Assembly (NCBI GenBank): GCA_963695345.1
Contig: OY968769.1
Location: forward strand, 32,001-96,000
Reading direction: 5' to 3'
DNA length: 64,000 bases
DNA from: an uncultured Methanomassiliicoccales archaeon
Lineage (GTDB): Archaea > Thermoplasmatota > Thermoplasmata > Methanomassiliicoccales > UBA472
Shown here piece after piece: positions 31,142 through 40,838 of this stretch; position 1 is the first letter of the stretch; every line of letters begins with the position of its first letter. The notes beneath the pieces were generated by a model that ran no database searches, was not told the origin of the DNA, and saw only the letters and a program-made list of their open reading frames with translations. The position numbers and the translations under genes are program-made.

Positions 31142-31927
31142 TCATCCATAGAACCTGATCTTCCTGAGGACATTTTTCTGGCCAGCAACGGCAGGCTCCT
31201 TTTTCCTTAGGACCTTGGGCCGGGTCACGATGGGAACCCGTACAGTGGGCGGCCGATCGTCCGGCTTCATCAGCTCTATCATAATCCTCGATTGCACCTT
31301 CGGATTGAACATCAACGCCTGGACCGGCTGTATGGCTATCCGGTTCGGGACGATACCCTCATCACTGATCTCGACCAGGACCGGTTCCATCCTCATCCTC
31401 AGCTTCTCCCGGTCTGGATATTCTACGGTCAGCTCCGCCTGTCCCTTTCCTTCGATGTTCCTGATGGAATAGATGCCCGGCCGCAGGATGTGGGCGACGA
31501 AGAGATCGCCAGACCCCAGCGCTCTGCTGTCGAAGACCTTCACCGACGCCTTTCCCTTCTCGCGGCGAAGGAGCTCGACCGCATAACCCCCGGGACCGGT
31601 CGGGGCGCTGAATATGATATTACCGCCGGTGCGGAGTGCGAACCGGTTGTCGCAATCCTCCGTCGCTTTGCCCAGGGAACCGTCCAGGCCGGCCAGGTCG
31701 ATGTTCGCCAACCTGGGGAGGTCTTCACACCCGGATGGTTCGCCTTCGCTTTCAGAAACGGTCAGCGAGAACGTGCCGACCTTGGCCGCCCCCCGGTATA
31801 CCATGCCACAGTATTTCCCGCTCTCGGCGCACTTGTGCATGACCGAGCTCAGCGTGGCCAGCGAGCCGCTGTCGACCGTATCATCTCGAAGGACCATAGA
31901 TTTGTCAAATGTCGATTTCGTGATCAA
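31142..31927 (-). CDS. Hypothetical beta-rich protein with an internal duplication
   Basis: DSGSL...H....GKY and DSRAL...H...PGIY repeats; TTG start overlaps the upstream stop. Confidence 0.75.
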   Translation of the reverse strand: MITKSTFDKSMVLRDDTVDSGSLATLSSVMHKCAESGKYCGMVYRGAAKVGTFSLTVSESEGEPSGCEDLPRLANIDLAGLDGSLGKATEDCDNRFALRTGGNIIFSAPTGPGGYAVELLRREKGKASVKVFDSRALGSGDLFVAHILRPGIYSIRNIEGKGQAELTVEYPDREKLRMRMEPVLVEISDEGIVPNRIAIQPVQALMFNPKVQSRIMIELMKPDDRPPTVRVPIVTRPKVLRKKEPAVAGQKNVLRKIRFYG

Positions 31928-33722
31928 TTTCCCACGTCTCCTTGTATCACCATCTCATGGGAATCAACGCTGACCCCGATGAACTCGATAGGGATCTTGA
32001 CCGGTATCAGCCCGCCTTCCTGCTCCATTACGGTAAAGGGGTCCGCTAGCTCGAACGCCGCCGGGATCAACAGGGCGATGTAGTCATAGAGGGCGTTCAG
32101 CAGGGCGCTGAAGATCCCGATCTGACCTATCATGTCCATCAACCATTCTCCAATGTCGTCGGGAATGTCCAGGATGACCCGGATTATGTTCTCGATCCCT
32201 CCCAGTATGCCGTCTATCAGGTCTATCGCCCATCCCGGGGCACCGAGCGAGCTGAGGAGGTTGTCGATGGCCCCCTGGACGAGGTTCTTGAACAGGTCCC
32301 CAACGGTGTCCGCGATGTCTATTATGTCAAGGTCCAGCGGCAGAGTCGGCACCACCACGATCTGCCATCGGTTGTGCGTGCCAGAGCCGACTCCGTAGAA
32401 CGATCTCATCCGGGCACTGACCGTGACCTCGGATGTGATCAGCCCGCTCAGGTCGATCGGTACGCTGATGTCTGGATCGCCGGTGAAGAAACAGAAACTG
32501 GGCAGGGTAACGCATTCCCCGCAACCGACAAGGGGGACGTCGCAGGAAGGGTACGGCGGCAGCACGCAAACCTGCCCGCCTCCGACGCACTGCTTCGGGA
32601 TGTCGATCCCTATGTCGAGCCTCAGCTTGTCCCACTTGAGGTCCAGCTCCTTGATTATGATGGAACCGTCGTCGCGCATCTCCAAGGAACCTCCCTCGAG
32701 ATGGGCGGCCACGTTGTAGCTGGCGGTGAAGGGTCCGAAGCTCCCGGTGCCGGTCTTCTGGAAATGGAACCCCTTGACGATGGCGGTGAATATCTTCCCG
32801 AAGGCATCCGCCGAAACAGCGGCCGTCAGGTCGAACGTCCCGCTCCTGGTCCTCGGGCGGGTCGTCCGCGTCACCGTGCCGCCGCCGGAACCGGAGGATC
32901 CTCCCCACCGGACGAGGGCGGCGGCAGGTTGAGCGTGACACTGTCCAGGTTGATGAACGCCTTGAACTGGTTCTCCTCCACGGCCGGGTTGTGCGGGACG
33001 GCCGTCGACCCGGACAGCGTCAGGCTGCCCAATCCCTCGGGAAGGCTGATGGCGTGGAACGCCACCGCCGATATGGCCTCGGCGGCCTTCGGCAGGATGC
33101 CTCTGTTCATGACCAGGAGCGCATAGCACTCGATCGCCTCCTCCAGGCCATCCGGCTTCAGTTCAGGTATCTCGATCCCGGACACGTTCATGGAGATGGA
33201 TTGGTTCCCTGGCTGGCCCACGATGCTGAGCGAACCGGTGGCGAAAAGGCCGAGGCAGAAGCAGGTTATGTCCGTTCTCTTGTCGCCCCTGACCGGGCGA
33301 AGGGGGGTGGGCCAAAGACGCGTCCTGGGTTGACAGATCAATCCCGCGCACACCTCGAAATGGACCGCGAAATTCTGGTCGGCGAGGGGAGGGTTCAGCT
33401 CTGGAGGGAGGCTGATGACATTTCCGGGAAAAAAGTCGACCGCGCCTTTCGTCAGCTGGACGATGTAGTCGAGGGTTATCGCCGGGATGGCCGGGGTCAT
33501 GAGAACCGGCAGCGGGTCCATCTCGGTCATCAGCGGGTTACCCGCCCGCAGGACGGCCGGAACCGCCGGGATCGCTCGGCAGATGGGCAGTGGATTCGTT
33601 GCCGGTTGGATCGACCCATAGTTGAAGAGGGAAGGCCTCTGCAGCATGACATGACGGAGGATGCGGTTGATGCAAGCATCCTGGACGGCAACATAGAAAT
33701 CGGAGAACTGGGTGAACGTCAC
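31924..33722 (-). CDS. Hypothetical ~600-aa two-domain protein (split by a probable missing G near 32905)
   Basis: Adding one G in GGTGGGGAGG joins ...LNLPPPSSGG to GGSSGSGGGTVTRTTRPR...; the second ORF has no credible start of its own. Confidence 0.7.
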
Positions 33723-34109
33723 GGCCGATCACCAGACTTGAGGTGTGAAGACGATGTTCTGTTCATGTTCGGTCCCCATTTTGAACGATACGGTCTGGTC
33801 CGACCGCGAAATATAAAGAACATCGTCGCCACGATAGCGGGAAACCAGGGTCATGAGCAATCTGGGCCATGTCCAGACAGGAACCCGATCCTGATTCTTT
33901 GTCCAGGACGTCGGACCTCCTGCTTTCCCCATTGAGCATTCTTCAGCCGATCTTTGCTCGATGGGCGCTGCTTTTCCTTCCTAGGTCTCTTCCGAAAAAA
34001 TGGTCAAAGCCCGGCCATCCCTGCCAACGACCCGCTAAGCTGATGCATGACGATCATGAAAGGAAACGACCTAAGGTCCGCTAGTCATGCTGGACCCACC
34101 GTCCTTTCC

Positions 34110-35117
34110 TCATTTCCCCAGCGCGATCTCTTCCCATCCGACGGTGGAGGCGGGTTTGCATCCGGTTATGTTCTCGGTGTTCAGATCGAACAGGGTCGAC
34201 GTCTCATCGCCGTCGGTGACCTTGAAGACGTTAGTTCCATCCACCTCTCCGATCACCGAACCGGTAATGCCAACCGTGCTGAACTGATCGACTACCTGTT
34301 GGGAATTCCTCGGATCGCAGGTGACCACGAACCCTGCCCCCTGGTAGGACTTGAGCCACTGGGAGAGATCGATCCCCTTGGGTATCGGGATCCTGTTGAT
34401 GTCCACCAACGCCCCCTTCCCGCTGGTCTCCAGCAACATTCCCAGCGTACCAAGGGATCCTGGGTTGCTGATGTCCTTTCCGGAGCGGAGCAGCTTCTTC
34501 TTGGCGATCTTGTTCATTATCATAATCTGCTGCCGGGCTATGGTCGAATCCTTCTTCGAAGTGGTATCCCAGGCGTAGGTCAGTCCCTCGGGATAGAACC
34601 CGTCCAGGTCCATCGCCATGATGATGTCGTCCCCGGACTGGGCGGTGTGGGAGTAGATGACCTCATCGAGCTTGGCGGTACCGATGATCGCCACATCGAT
34701 GGCGTTGTAGGTGCAGTCCGGATGGGTATGCCCGCCGACGATCGGCACACCGAACTTCTTGACGGCGGTCTCCATGCCGCGCATGACGTTCGCGCAGACC
34801 TTCTCTTCCTTGATCGATAGAACGTCGAGCATGGCCAACGGGACCCCGCCCATCGCGGAGATGTCGTTGAGGTTGACGAGAACGGCGTAGTAGCCGGCAA
34901 AGAACGGATTGGCCTTCATCAGCGGCTGCATGATGCCGTCCGCCGCGAGAAGCATCGCCTCTCCGTTGTGCTCCATCACCGCCGCATCCTCACCGTAGGA
35001 CGCGAGCACCTTTGACGACGAGACCTTGGGGAAGAAGTTGATAACACTTGAGATTGCTTTCTTCCTAGTGATTCCTGGGTACGCCTTAATATCGGACACC
35101 AGGTCGTTAAGAGTCAT
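34110..35117 (-). CDS. Methanogenesis marker 2 protein (AIR synthase-related)
   Basis: YPGITRK, GEDAAV, LLAADGI, NDISAMGG, VGGHTHPD, KDISNPG. Confidence 0.88.
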   Translation of the reverse strand: MTLNDLVSDIKAYPGITRKKAISSVINFFPKVSSSKVLASYGEDAAVMEHNGEAMLLAADGIMQPLMKANPFFAGYYAVLVNLNDISAMGGVPLAMLDVLSIKEEKVCANVMRGMETAVKKFGVPIVGGHTHPDCTYNAIDVAIIGTAKLDEVIYSHTAQSGDDIIMAMDLDGFYPEGLTYAWDTTSKKDSTIARQQIMIMNKIAKKKLLRSGKDISNPGSLGTLGMLLETSGKGALVDINRIPIPKGIDLSQWLKSYQGAGFVVTCDPRNSQQVVDQFSTVGITGSVIGEVDGTNVFKVTDGDETSTLFDLNTENITGCKPASTVGWEEIALGK

Positions 35118-35556
35118 GGTATGGTGTATCGTGGAAGCGATTATAACCTTTATCACGCCGCGGTTGACTGGCATGACAAAAAGGGACACGCCTCAAGAAC
35201 GTCCTAGAACAGCTCGATTCATTTAGAGAAATGGTCGATGCCTCGATTGGCTCCATCTGTTTCGGTCAATTTCGAAAAGGATGATGAACATTTTTTTTTC
35301 CGAAATTTTCTAGTCAGAACAAGAATAACAAAACATATAACAGCAATTATTAGGAAATCCACCGAGTAACTTAGGACAGCGGTCATGCCATCTCCAGCAT
35401 TCTTGTATTTCTATGTTCATTTTTATAGTCTGCTGTGAAAAAGTCCTTTGAACCAAATCTGAGATCCTCCTCGCAATAAGTTATCATCCACATTCTTCTC
35501 ACTTGATCGATACATGGACATGTCTGCATTATGACCTATTCCTTCCAGCCCGGGTC

Positions 35557-36135
35557 TCAGACCAGTTTCGTCTGCTTCGTCTCCCTGACCAGATAGGATA
35601 TGTCCAATTGGTTTGCGACGATCGTCTCGAGCAGGGTTTGATAGTCGGCGCCGAGGTCGCTCGCTTCCGGCACATAGGCCCGGCTGCTGTCCGGGATCTT
35701 GAAACCGGATCGGACCAGGACCTTCTTTGCCTCCTGACGCTCCTCCTGAGTCGCCTGCCTTCCCCGCGGTTCGCCGGATATTCCCGCCCTGATCAGTTCC
35801 TCGGCGAAGATCGGGCGCTTGAAAAGTCGCCACATAGCGTAGAGGCTGAGCTCTTCGGCCCTCCGCCCCTCGGCGAGGTCGTGGGCCGCTTCATTTATGA
35901 CGTCATAGATATCTTTCTGACGTCCCTTCACCGGCACATATATCTTGGCTGGAGGGACGTCCTTTTCCTTGAGGACGTGTTGATCGGTCAGCGCGCGGAG
36001 ATAACCGGTAAGTATCAATCTATGAAGATCGTAACCGTTTTTCTCCAGTTCCCTTGACAGAGAACTGATGGAACGACCCTCATCTGTCAGGAGTTCGAGG
36101 ATAATGAACTTCAAATCACGTTCTGGATGGAACAT
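35557..36135 (-). CDS. Hypothetical protein with N-terminal winged helix
   Basis: SISSLSREL...HRLILTGYLRAL; divergent from nrdD. Confidence 0.75.
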   Translation of the reverse strand: MFHPERDLKFIILELLTDEGRSISSLSRELEKNGYDLHRLILTGYLRALTDQHVLKEKDVPPAKIYVPVKGRQKDIYDVINEAAHDLAEGRRAEELSLYAMWRLFKRPIFAEELIRAGISGEPRGRQATQEERQEAKKVLVRSGFKIPDSSRAYVPEASDLGADYQTLLETIVANQLDISYLVRETKQTKLV

Positions 36136-36136
36136 G

Positions 36137-36201
36137 TGGTAACAAACCTGGTAACAGACCTGGTAAATAATAAAGCTTTCTTAACGGGGCTTTATTTACC
36201 A
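36137..36201. repeat. 12-bp direct repeats TGGTAACARACC (x2.5) plus an inverted TTACCA
   Basis: TGGTAA at 36137, 36149 and 36161; TTACCA at 36196-36201; lies in the wHTH/nrdD divergent intergenic region. Confidence 0.6.
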
Positions 36202-36322
36202 CACCGAGTTCAAAAATGCCTTTAAACCCCACAACGCCAATGTCAGAGGCCTGTAAAACAGAACAGCATTTGGGACACACGTTCTCGGGGAGTTGGGTGT
36301 GCCCTTCTTAAAGGTGAAACTC

Positions 36323-38446
36323 ATGAAATCAATAGAGAACTCACGCGATCTTAGGGGAACAGAACCAGGCGTAATCTGGTCGGACGAGAAGGAATCGACT
36401 GAGCTGTCGCTCTTCGTGCGCACTTCTGATGAAGAGATCAAGGAAATGGGACAAGCAGCGCATATTCGACGCACTGATGAGGGAGACGACCATCAGCGAG
36501 GATGCCGCCGCCATCGTCGCACGCGAGGTCGAGAAGATGATCTCCGAGCTGGAGCTCGATGTTATCACGGCACCGCTCATCCGCGAACTGACGAACGCCA
36601 AGCTGGTCGAGTACGGTCTGGCAAAGATCCGCAGGCAGCACACCCGGTTGGGCGTCCCGCTGTATGATGCACGTCAGATCATCATGAACCCGAACAAGGA
36701 GAACGCCAACGTCCCGCACGGACCGGAGGCCACGAACCTCACGCTCGCCGAGAGGATCAAGAAGGAGTTCGCTCTGCTCGAAGTGTTCTCGCAGGACCTG
36801 GCCGATGCGCATATGCGCGGCGACATCCACCTTCACGACCTCGGCATGGTCGACCGCCCGTACTGCAGCGGCCAATCGATCGAGTACGTGAAGAAGTTCG
36901 GTCTGAACCTGCCCAACGCCATCTCCATCGCCAAACCGGCAAAGCACCCGGAGGTGCTCATCGAGCAGGTGGTCAAGTTCTCCGCGGCACTGCAGGGCAA
37001 CTTCGCCGGAGCCATCGGCTGGGACGCGTTCAACCTGTTCCTCGCGCCTTACCTCGTCGGCTGCGACGACCGCAGGATGAAGCAGCTCGCACAGATATTG
37101 ATCTACGAGTTCGCACAGCAGGCGGTGGCCCGCGGCGGACAGTCGATCTTCTCCGACCTCAACCTGTATTGGGAATGCCCGGACCATTTCATGGGCGTTC
37201 CGGCCATCGGCCCGAACGGCACCTTCACCGGCAAGAACTATGAGGACTACCTGCCTGAATCGCAGCGCTTCATCAACGCGCTGTTCGACGTGTACCTCGA
37301 GGGGGACGCCCTCGGAAGGCCGTTCTTCTTCCCCAAGCCGAACGTGCACATGACCGAGAAGTTCTTCAAGACCGAGGGTCACGAGGAGTTCCTGAACCAC
37401 ATCTCCAACGTCGCGACGGAGAAGGGCAACACCTACTTCGTGTTCGACCGGGGCAACACCGCCAAGATATCCGAGTGCTGCCGTCTGACGTTCAAGCTGG
37501 ACAAGAGCGACCTGGATGACGCCAAGACCCCGTGGAAGATGAGGTACTCGGCGATGCAGAACGTCACCATCAACCTGCCGCGGGTCGCCTACGAGGCGCA
37601 CCAGGACGATGCCAGAAGCTGTTCGAGCTGCTCAGGGAGAAGATCGAGCTGGTCGCCCAGGCCCACGTGCAGAAGAGGGACTTCATCAAGCAGCTGCTCG
37701 ACATGGGCAAGCACTCGACCCTGGCGCTGCTGACCATGAACCTGGACGGCGAGCCGTACTACCGGTTCAACAAGGCCTCGTTCCTGATCGGCATGGTCGG
37801 CCTGAACGAACTGGTCCAGTACCACACCGGTCAGCAGATGCACGAGTCGAAGGACGCGACCAAGTTCGGCCTCAAGGTCATCTCGACCATGAAGAAGTAT
37901 GCCGAGGAGATCGGCGAGAAGTACGGCATCCGCATGCCGCTGGAGCAGACCCCGGCCGAGTCGACCTCCTACCGCTTCGCCAAGCTGGACATGAAGTACT
38001 ACCCGCTGCAGGCCCCCACGGTGATCAGGGGGAACAAGTCGGTCGGCGAGATCTACTACACCAACTCGACCAACCTGAACGTCGGCGCTCCGATCAGTGC
38101 CATCGAGAGGACCAAGGCCGAGGGCCTGTTCCATCCTCTGATCGAGGCCGGTTCGATGACCCATGTCTGGCTCGGGGAGCACAAGCCTCCAGCAGAGTCC
38201 ATCGCCGCCTTCGTCAAGAAGACGTTCGAGAACACCCAGAACTCGCAGATATCGTTCAGCCCGGAGTTCACCGCCTGCCTGAACTGCGGCAAGACCACCC
38301 GCGGACTGAGGTCGACCTGCCCCTTCTGCGCATCTCCGGACGTCGAGGGCATCACCCGTGTCACCGGGTTCTTCTCCAAGACCACCAGCTGGAACAAGGG
38401 GAAGCTCGGGGAGCTTAAGGACCGGCTGAGGAACAACATCTCCTAA
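36323..38446 (+). CDS. nrdD: Class III anaerobic ribonucleoside-triphosphate reductase (two frameshifts, ~36443 and ~37613)
   Basis: ATP cone, HLHDL..RPYC, SECCRL, EQTPAES, YYTNS, CxxC..CPxC, RVTGF glycyl-radical motif; AGGTGA SD. Confidence 0.93.
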
Positions 38447-38631
38447 ACCGGTCAGGATCCGCGGTCAAACGCCTTACCTTTCCTTCTTTTATCTTTATTG
38501 ATAATTATATATTGGCGAGCCAGTCAGTTTCCTCAGAACAATAATGATTATCTTTATTGGCGATTGTTTGCCAAAGAATAAATACTCACACGGGGCTCAA
38601 AAACTATCTCCACAAGGTAGGGATAACAAAA

Positions 38632-38922
38632 TTGACAAGAGTTCAGATCAGCGAACATGTATGGGTCAACATCAGCCGGCGCAACCTATGTGACAATTGT
38701 GTGGCCGATGTATGCTTGAAGAGGACCGGGGAGAACATCGAGCAGTGCGCACTTTTCAAGTCCGCGTACATCGCGTTCAAGAAATGCAATCACTGCGGAG
38801 AGATATACGAGCTGTTCTCGAGTTTCAAGTCCTTGGATTACGACATGTGCCCTGTCTGCAACGAGAAGATGAAGGACATACAGGTCGTCAATTCCGGTGA
38901 GCCGCTGAGCTCGCAATGCTGA
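38632..38922 (+). CDS. Small Cys-rich putative Zn-binding protein
   Basis: CDNC...C...C and CNHCG...CPVC. Confidence 0.7.
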   Translation: MTRVQISEHVWVNISRRNLCDNCVADVCLKRTGENIEQCALFKSAYIAFKKCNHCGEIYELFSSFKSLDYDMCPVCNEKMKDIQVVNSGEPLSSQC

Positions 38923-39104
38923 ATTTTTTCCCTCTTCTTATTACTTGATCAGTATCCTCATTTCCTGTTCGATAGTTTGATCCATCATTCCCATCAGCAA
39001 ACCCCAATGGATCATAATTGACTATCTCGCCCCCGCAGGCAAATTTTATATTGACACAATAATGTCTCATACAACCAACAGTGGGGAAGGTTGGGGGCAG
39101 GTCT

Positions 39105-40679
39105 ATGCGATGTAGGATTATTGGGGGAGCACTTTCTGCAATAGTAATGCTATCAGCGGTCGCCATGGTCACAGGCGACTATTCGACGTCTTCGGTTTCA
39201 GGGTTGAATGGTCAAGAGTTTCAATACAGATACATCGAAAATGGAACCGCTGTCGAGATATTCAACTGGTTGGGGCAGGGGACGGATTTCGTCGTACCGG
39301 ATCTGATTGACGGAAAACCGGTAACAAGTATCGGCATCTTCACTTTTCATGGGTCGCCCTATTTGATCAATGTAACGGTCCCTGATAGCGTGAAGAACAT
39401 CGGAGATTATGCATTCTCAGCTTGCCCATCTCTGAATAAGGTCGCCCTGGGCAGCGGAATCAAGCGGATAGGCGATCATTCTTTCATGGATTGTAAGGCC
39501 CTTTCCTCAATTACGATGCCGGAAGGTGTGACGAGAATCGGTAACGAATCTTTCAAGTCCTGCTCTAACCTAACGTCCATTTCAATCCCGGCAAATGTAA
39601 CGACGATCGGTGAATGTGCATTCACTCTGTGCACCAATCTGTCAGAGATCCTTGTCGAAAGCGGCAATACAAAATATGCCAGCATCGAGGGTGTCCTTTT
39701 CGACAAAGATATCACAACCCTTATTGCCTGCCCAGCATTGAAGAAAGGGAGCTATGAAGTTCCTGACGGTGTCATAAGGATTGAAATCAATGCATTTCAA
39801 CGCTGCGTAAACCTCAATTCCGTGGTTCTGCCCGAAGGGGTCATCGGTATAGGCAGCCACTCATTTTCGGATTGCTATGAATTGGCATCAATCAACATCC
39901 CGAGCACAATCGAAAGGATTGACGGCTACGCCTTCTCCGATTGCTGGTCACTTACTTCATTGGTCATTCCTGGAAACATATCTACGATTCAGTCAGGCAG
40001 CTTCTGGGGATGTACCGCTCTGACTTCGATTGACATTCCTGCAAGCGTTTACTTCATCTCAGATCGCGCATTCATGAATTGCACAAGTCTGAGAGCGGTC
40101 ACCATTCCCAGCGAAGTTATCGGCATAGACGCATTCGCGTTCACATCATGCACCGATCTCACTACAATTACATTCAAAGGGGACGCTCCTTACACCAAAA
40201 TATTCTGGACTTCTCTCACAGACAACAATCTAGTTGTTTACTACCAACCAGGAGCAAAGGGTTTCTCGACCCCTATGTGGAATGGATTGCCAACCTTTCC
40301 GACCACGGTATCGAATACCACCCAGATCTGTTCTGTAACTACTGGCGATGGTCAGGCCACGCTATCTTGGGCAACACCGAGGAACGTTGGTGACAGCCAG
40401 ATCGATCATTATACTATCTTTATGGATACAAATCCTATCAGACAGACCAACGAAACCACGACCACTGTGTATGGGCTGACGAACGGACAGACCTATTCTT
40501 TCAAGATTGTCGCCCACGGTTTCGATGGCTACGAAACAACAGCGGAGGTTTCAGTCACTCCTATCAGAAATGAGGCAGGGACCTGGTTGACCGTTCTGGT
40601 ATTGTTCGACGCCGCAATTGCCGCCATGATAATCTCATATCTACTGGTCAAGAGGATGCGTCAAGAGAGAAACCAGTGA
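39105..40679 (+). CDS. BspA-type leucine-rich-repeat surface protein with FN3 domain and C-terminal TM anchor
   Basis: Repeats IPxxVxxIGxxAFxxCxxL, FN3 (W..P..G...I..Y..GLTNGQTY.F), signal and TM helices; lower GC than the flanks. Confidence 0.92.
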   Translation: MRCRIIGGALSAIVMLSAVAMVTGDYSTSSVSGLNGQEFQYRYIENGTAVEIFNWLGQGTDFVVPDLIDGKPVTSIGIFTFHGSPYLINVTVPDSVKNIGDYAFSACPSLNKVALGSGIKRIGDHSFMDCKALSSITMPEGVTRIGNESFKSCSNLTSISIPANVTTIGECAFTLCTNLSEILVESGNTKYASIEGVLFDKDITTLIACPALKKGSYEVPDGVIRIEINAFQRCVNLNSVVLPEGVIGIGSHSFSDCYELASINIPSTIERIDGYAFSDCWSLTSLVIPGNISTIQSGSFWGCTALTSIDIPASVYFISDRAFMNCTSLRAVTIPSEVIGIDAFAFTSCTDLTTITFKGDAPYTKIFWTSLTDNNLVVYYQPGAKGFSTPMWNGLPTFPTTVSNTTQICSVTTGDGQATLSWATPRNVGDSQIDHYTIFMDTNPIRQTNETTTTVYGLTNGQTYSFKIVAHGFDGYETTAEVSVTPIRNEAGTWLTVLVLFDAAIAAMIISYLLVKRMRQERNQ

Positions 40680-40838
40680 CCAAACATTCCATATCGGAAG
40701 TAAGATTGGTTCCGCCAAGTCCCTTGCCGGAATGGCCGTACAAATCCTATACCAAAGATGTCACAATTCGAGCGGAAGAAGAAGAAAGACGGGATTGCTC
40801 CCGCTATTCAACCCCCCCCTATGCTATCGAGAATCGTC

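Noticed and set aside
33729-33932. 67-aa ORF upstream of the uncharacterised operon
   Set aside because: No motif and no coding-like composition; more likely a promoter or leader region.
36429-38446. Split nrdD, intein or programmed frameshift
   Set aside because: No inserted element and no slippery heptamer; the halves join with single-base corrections.
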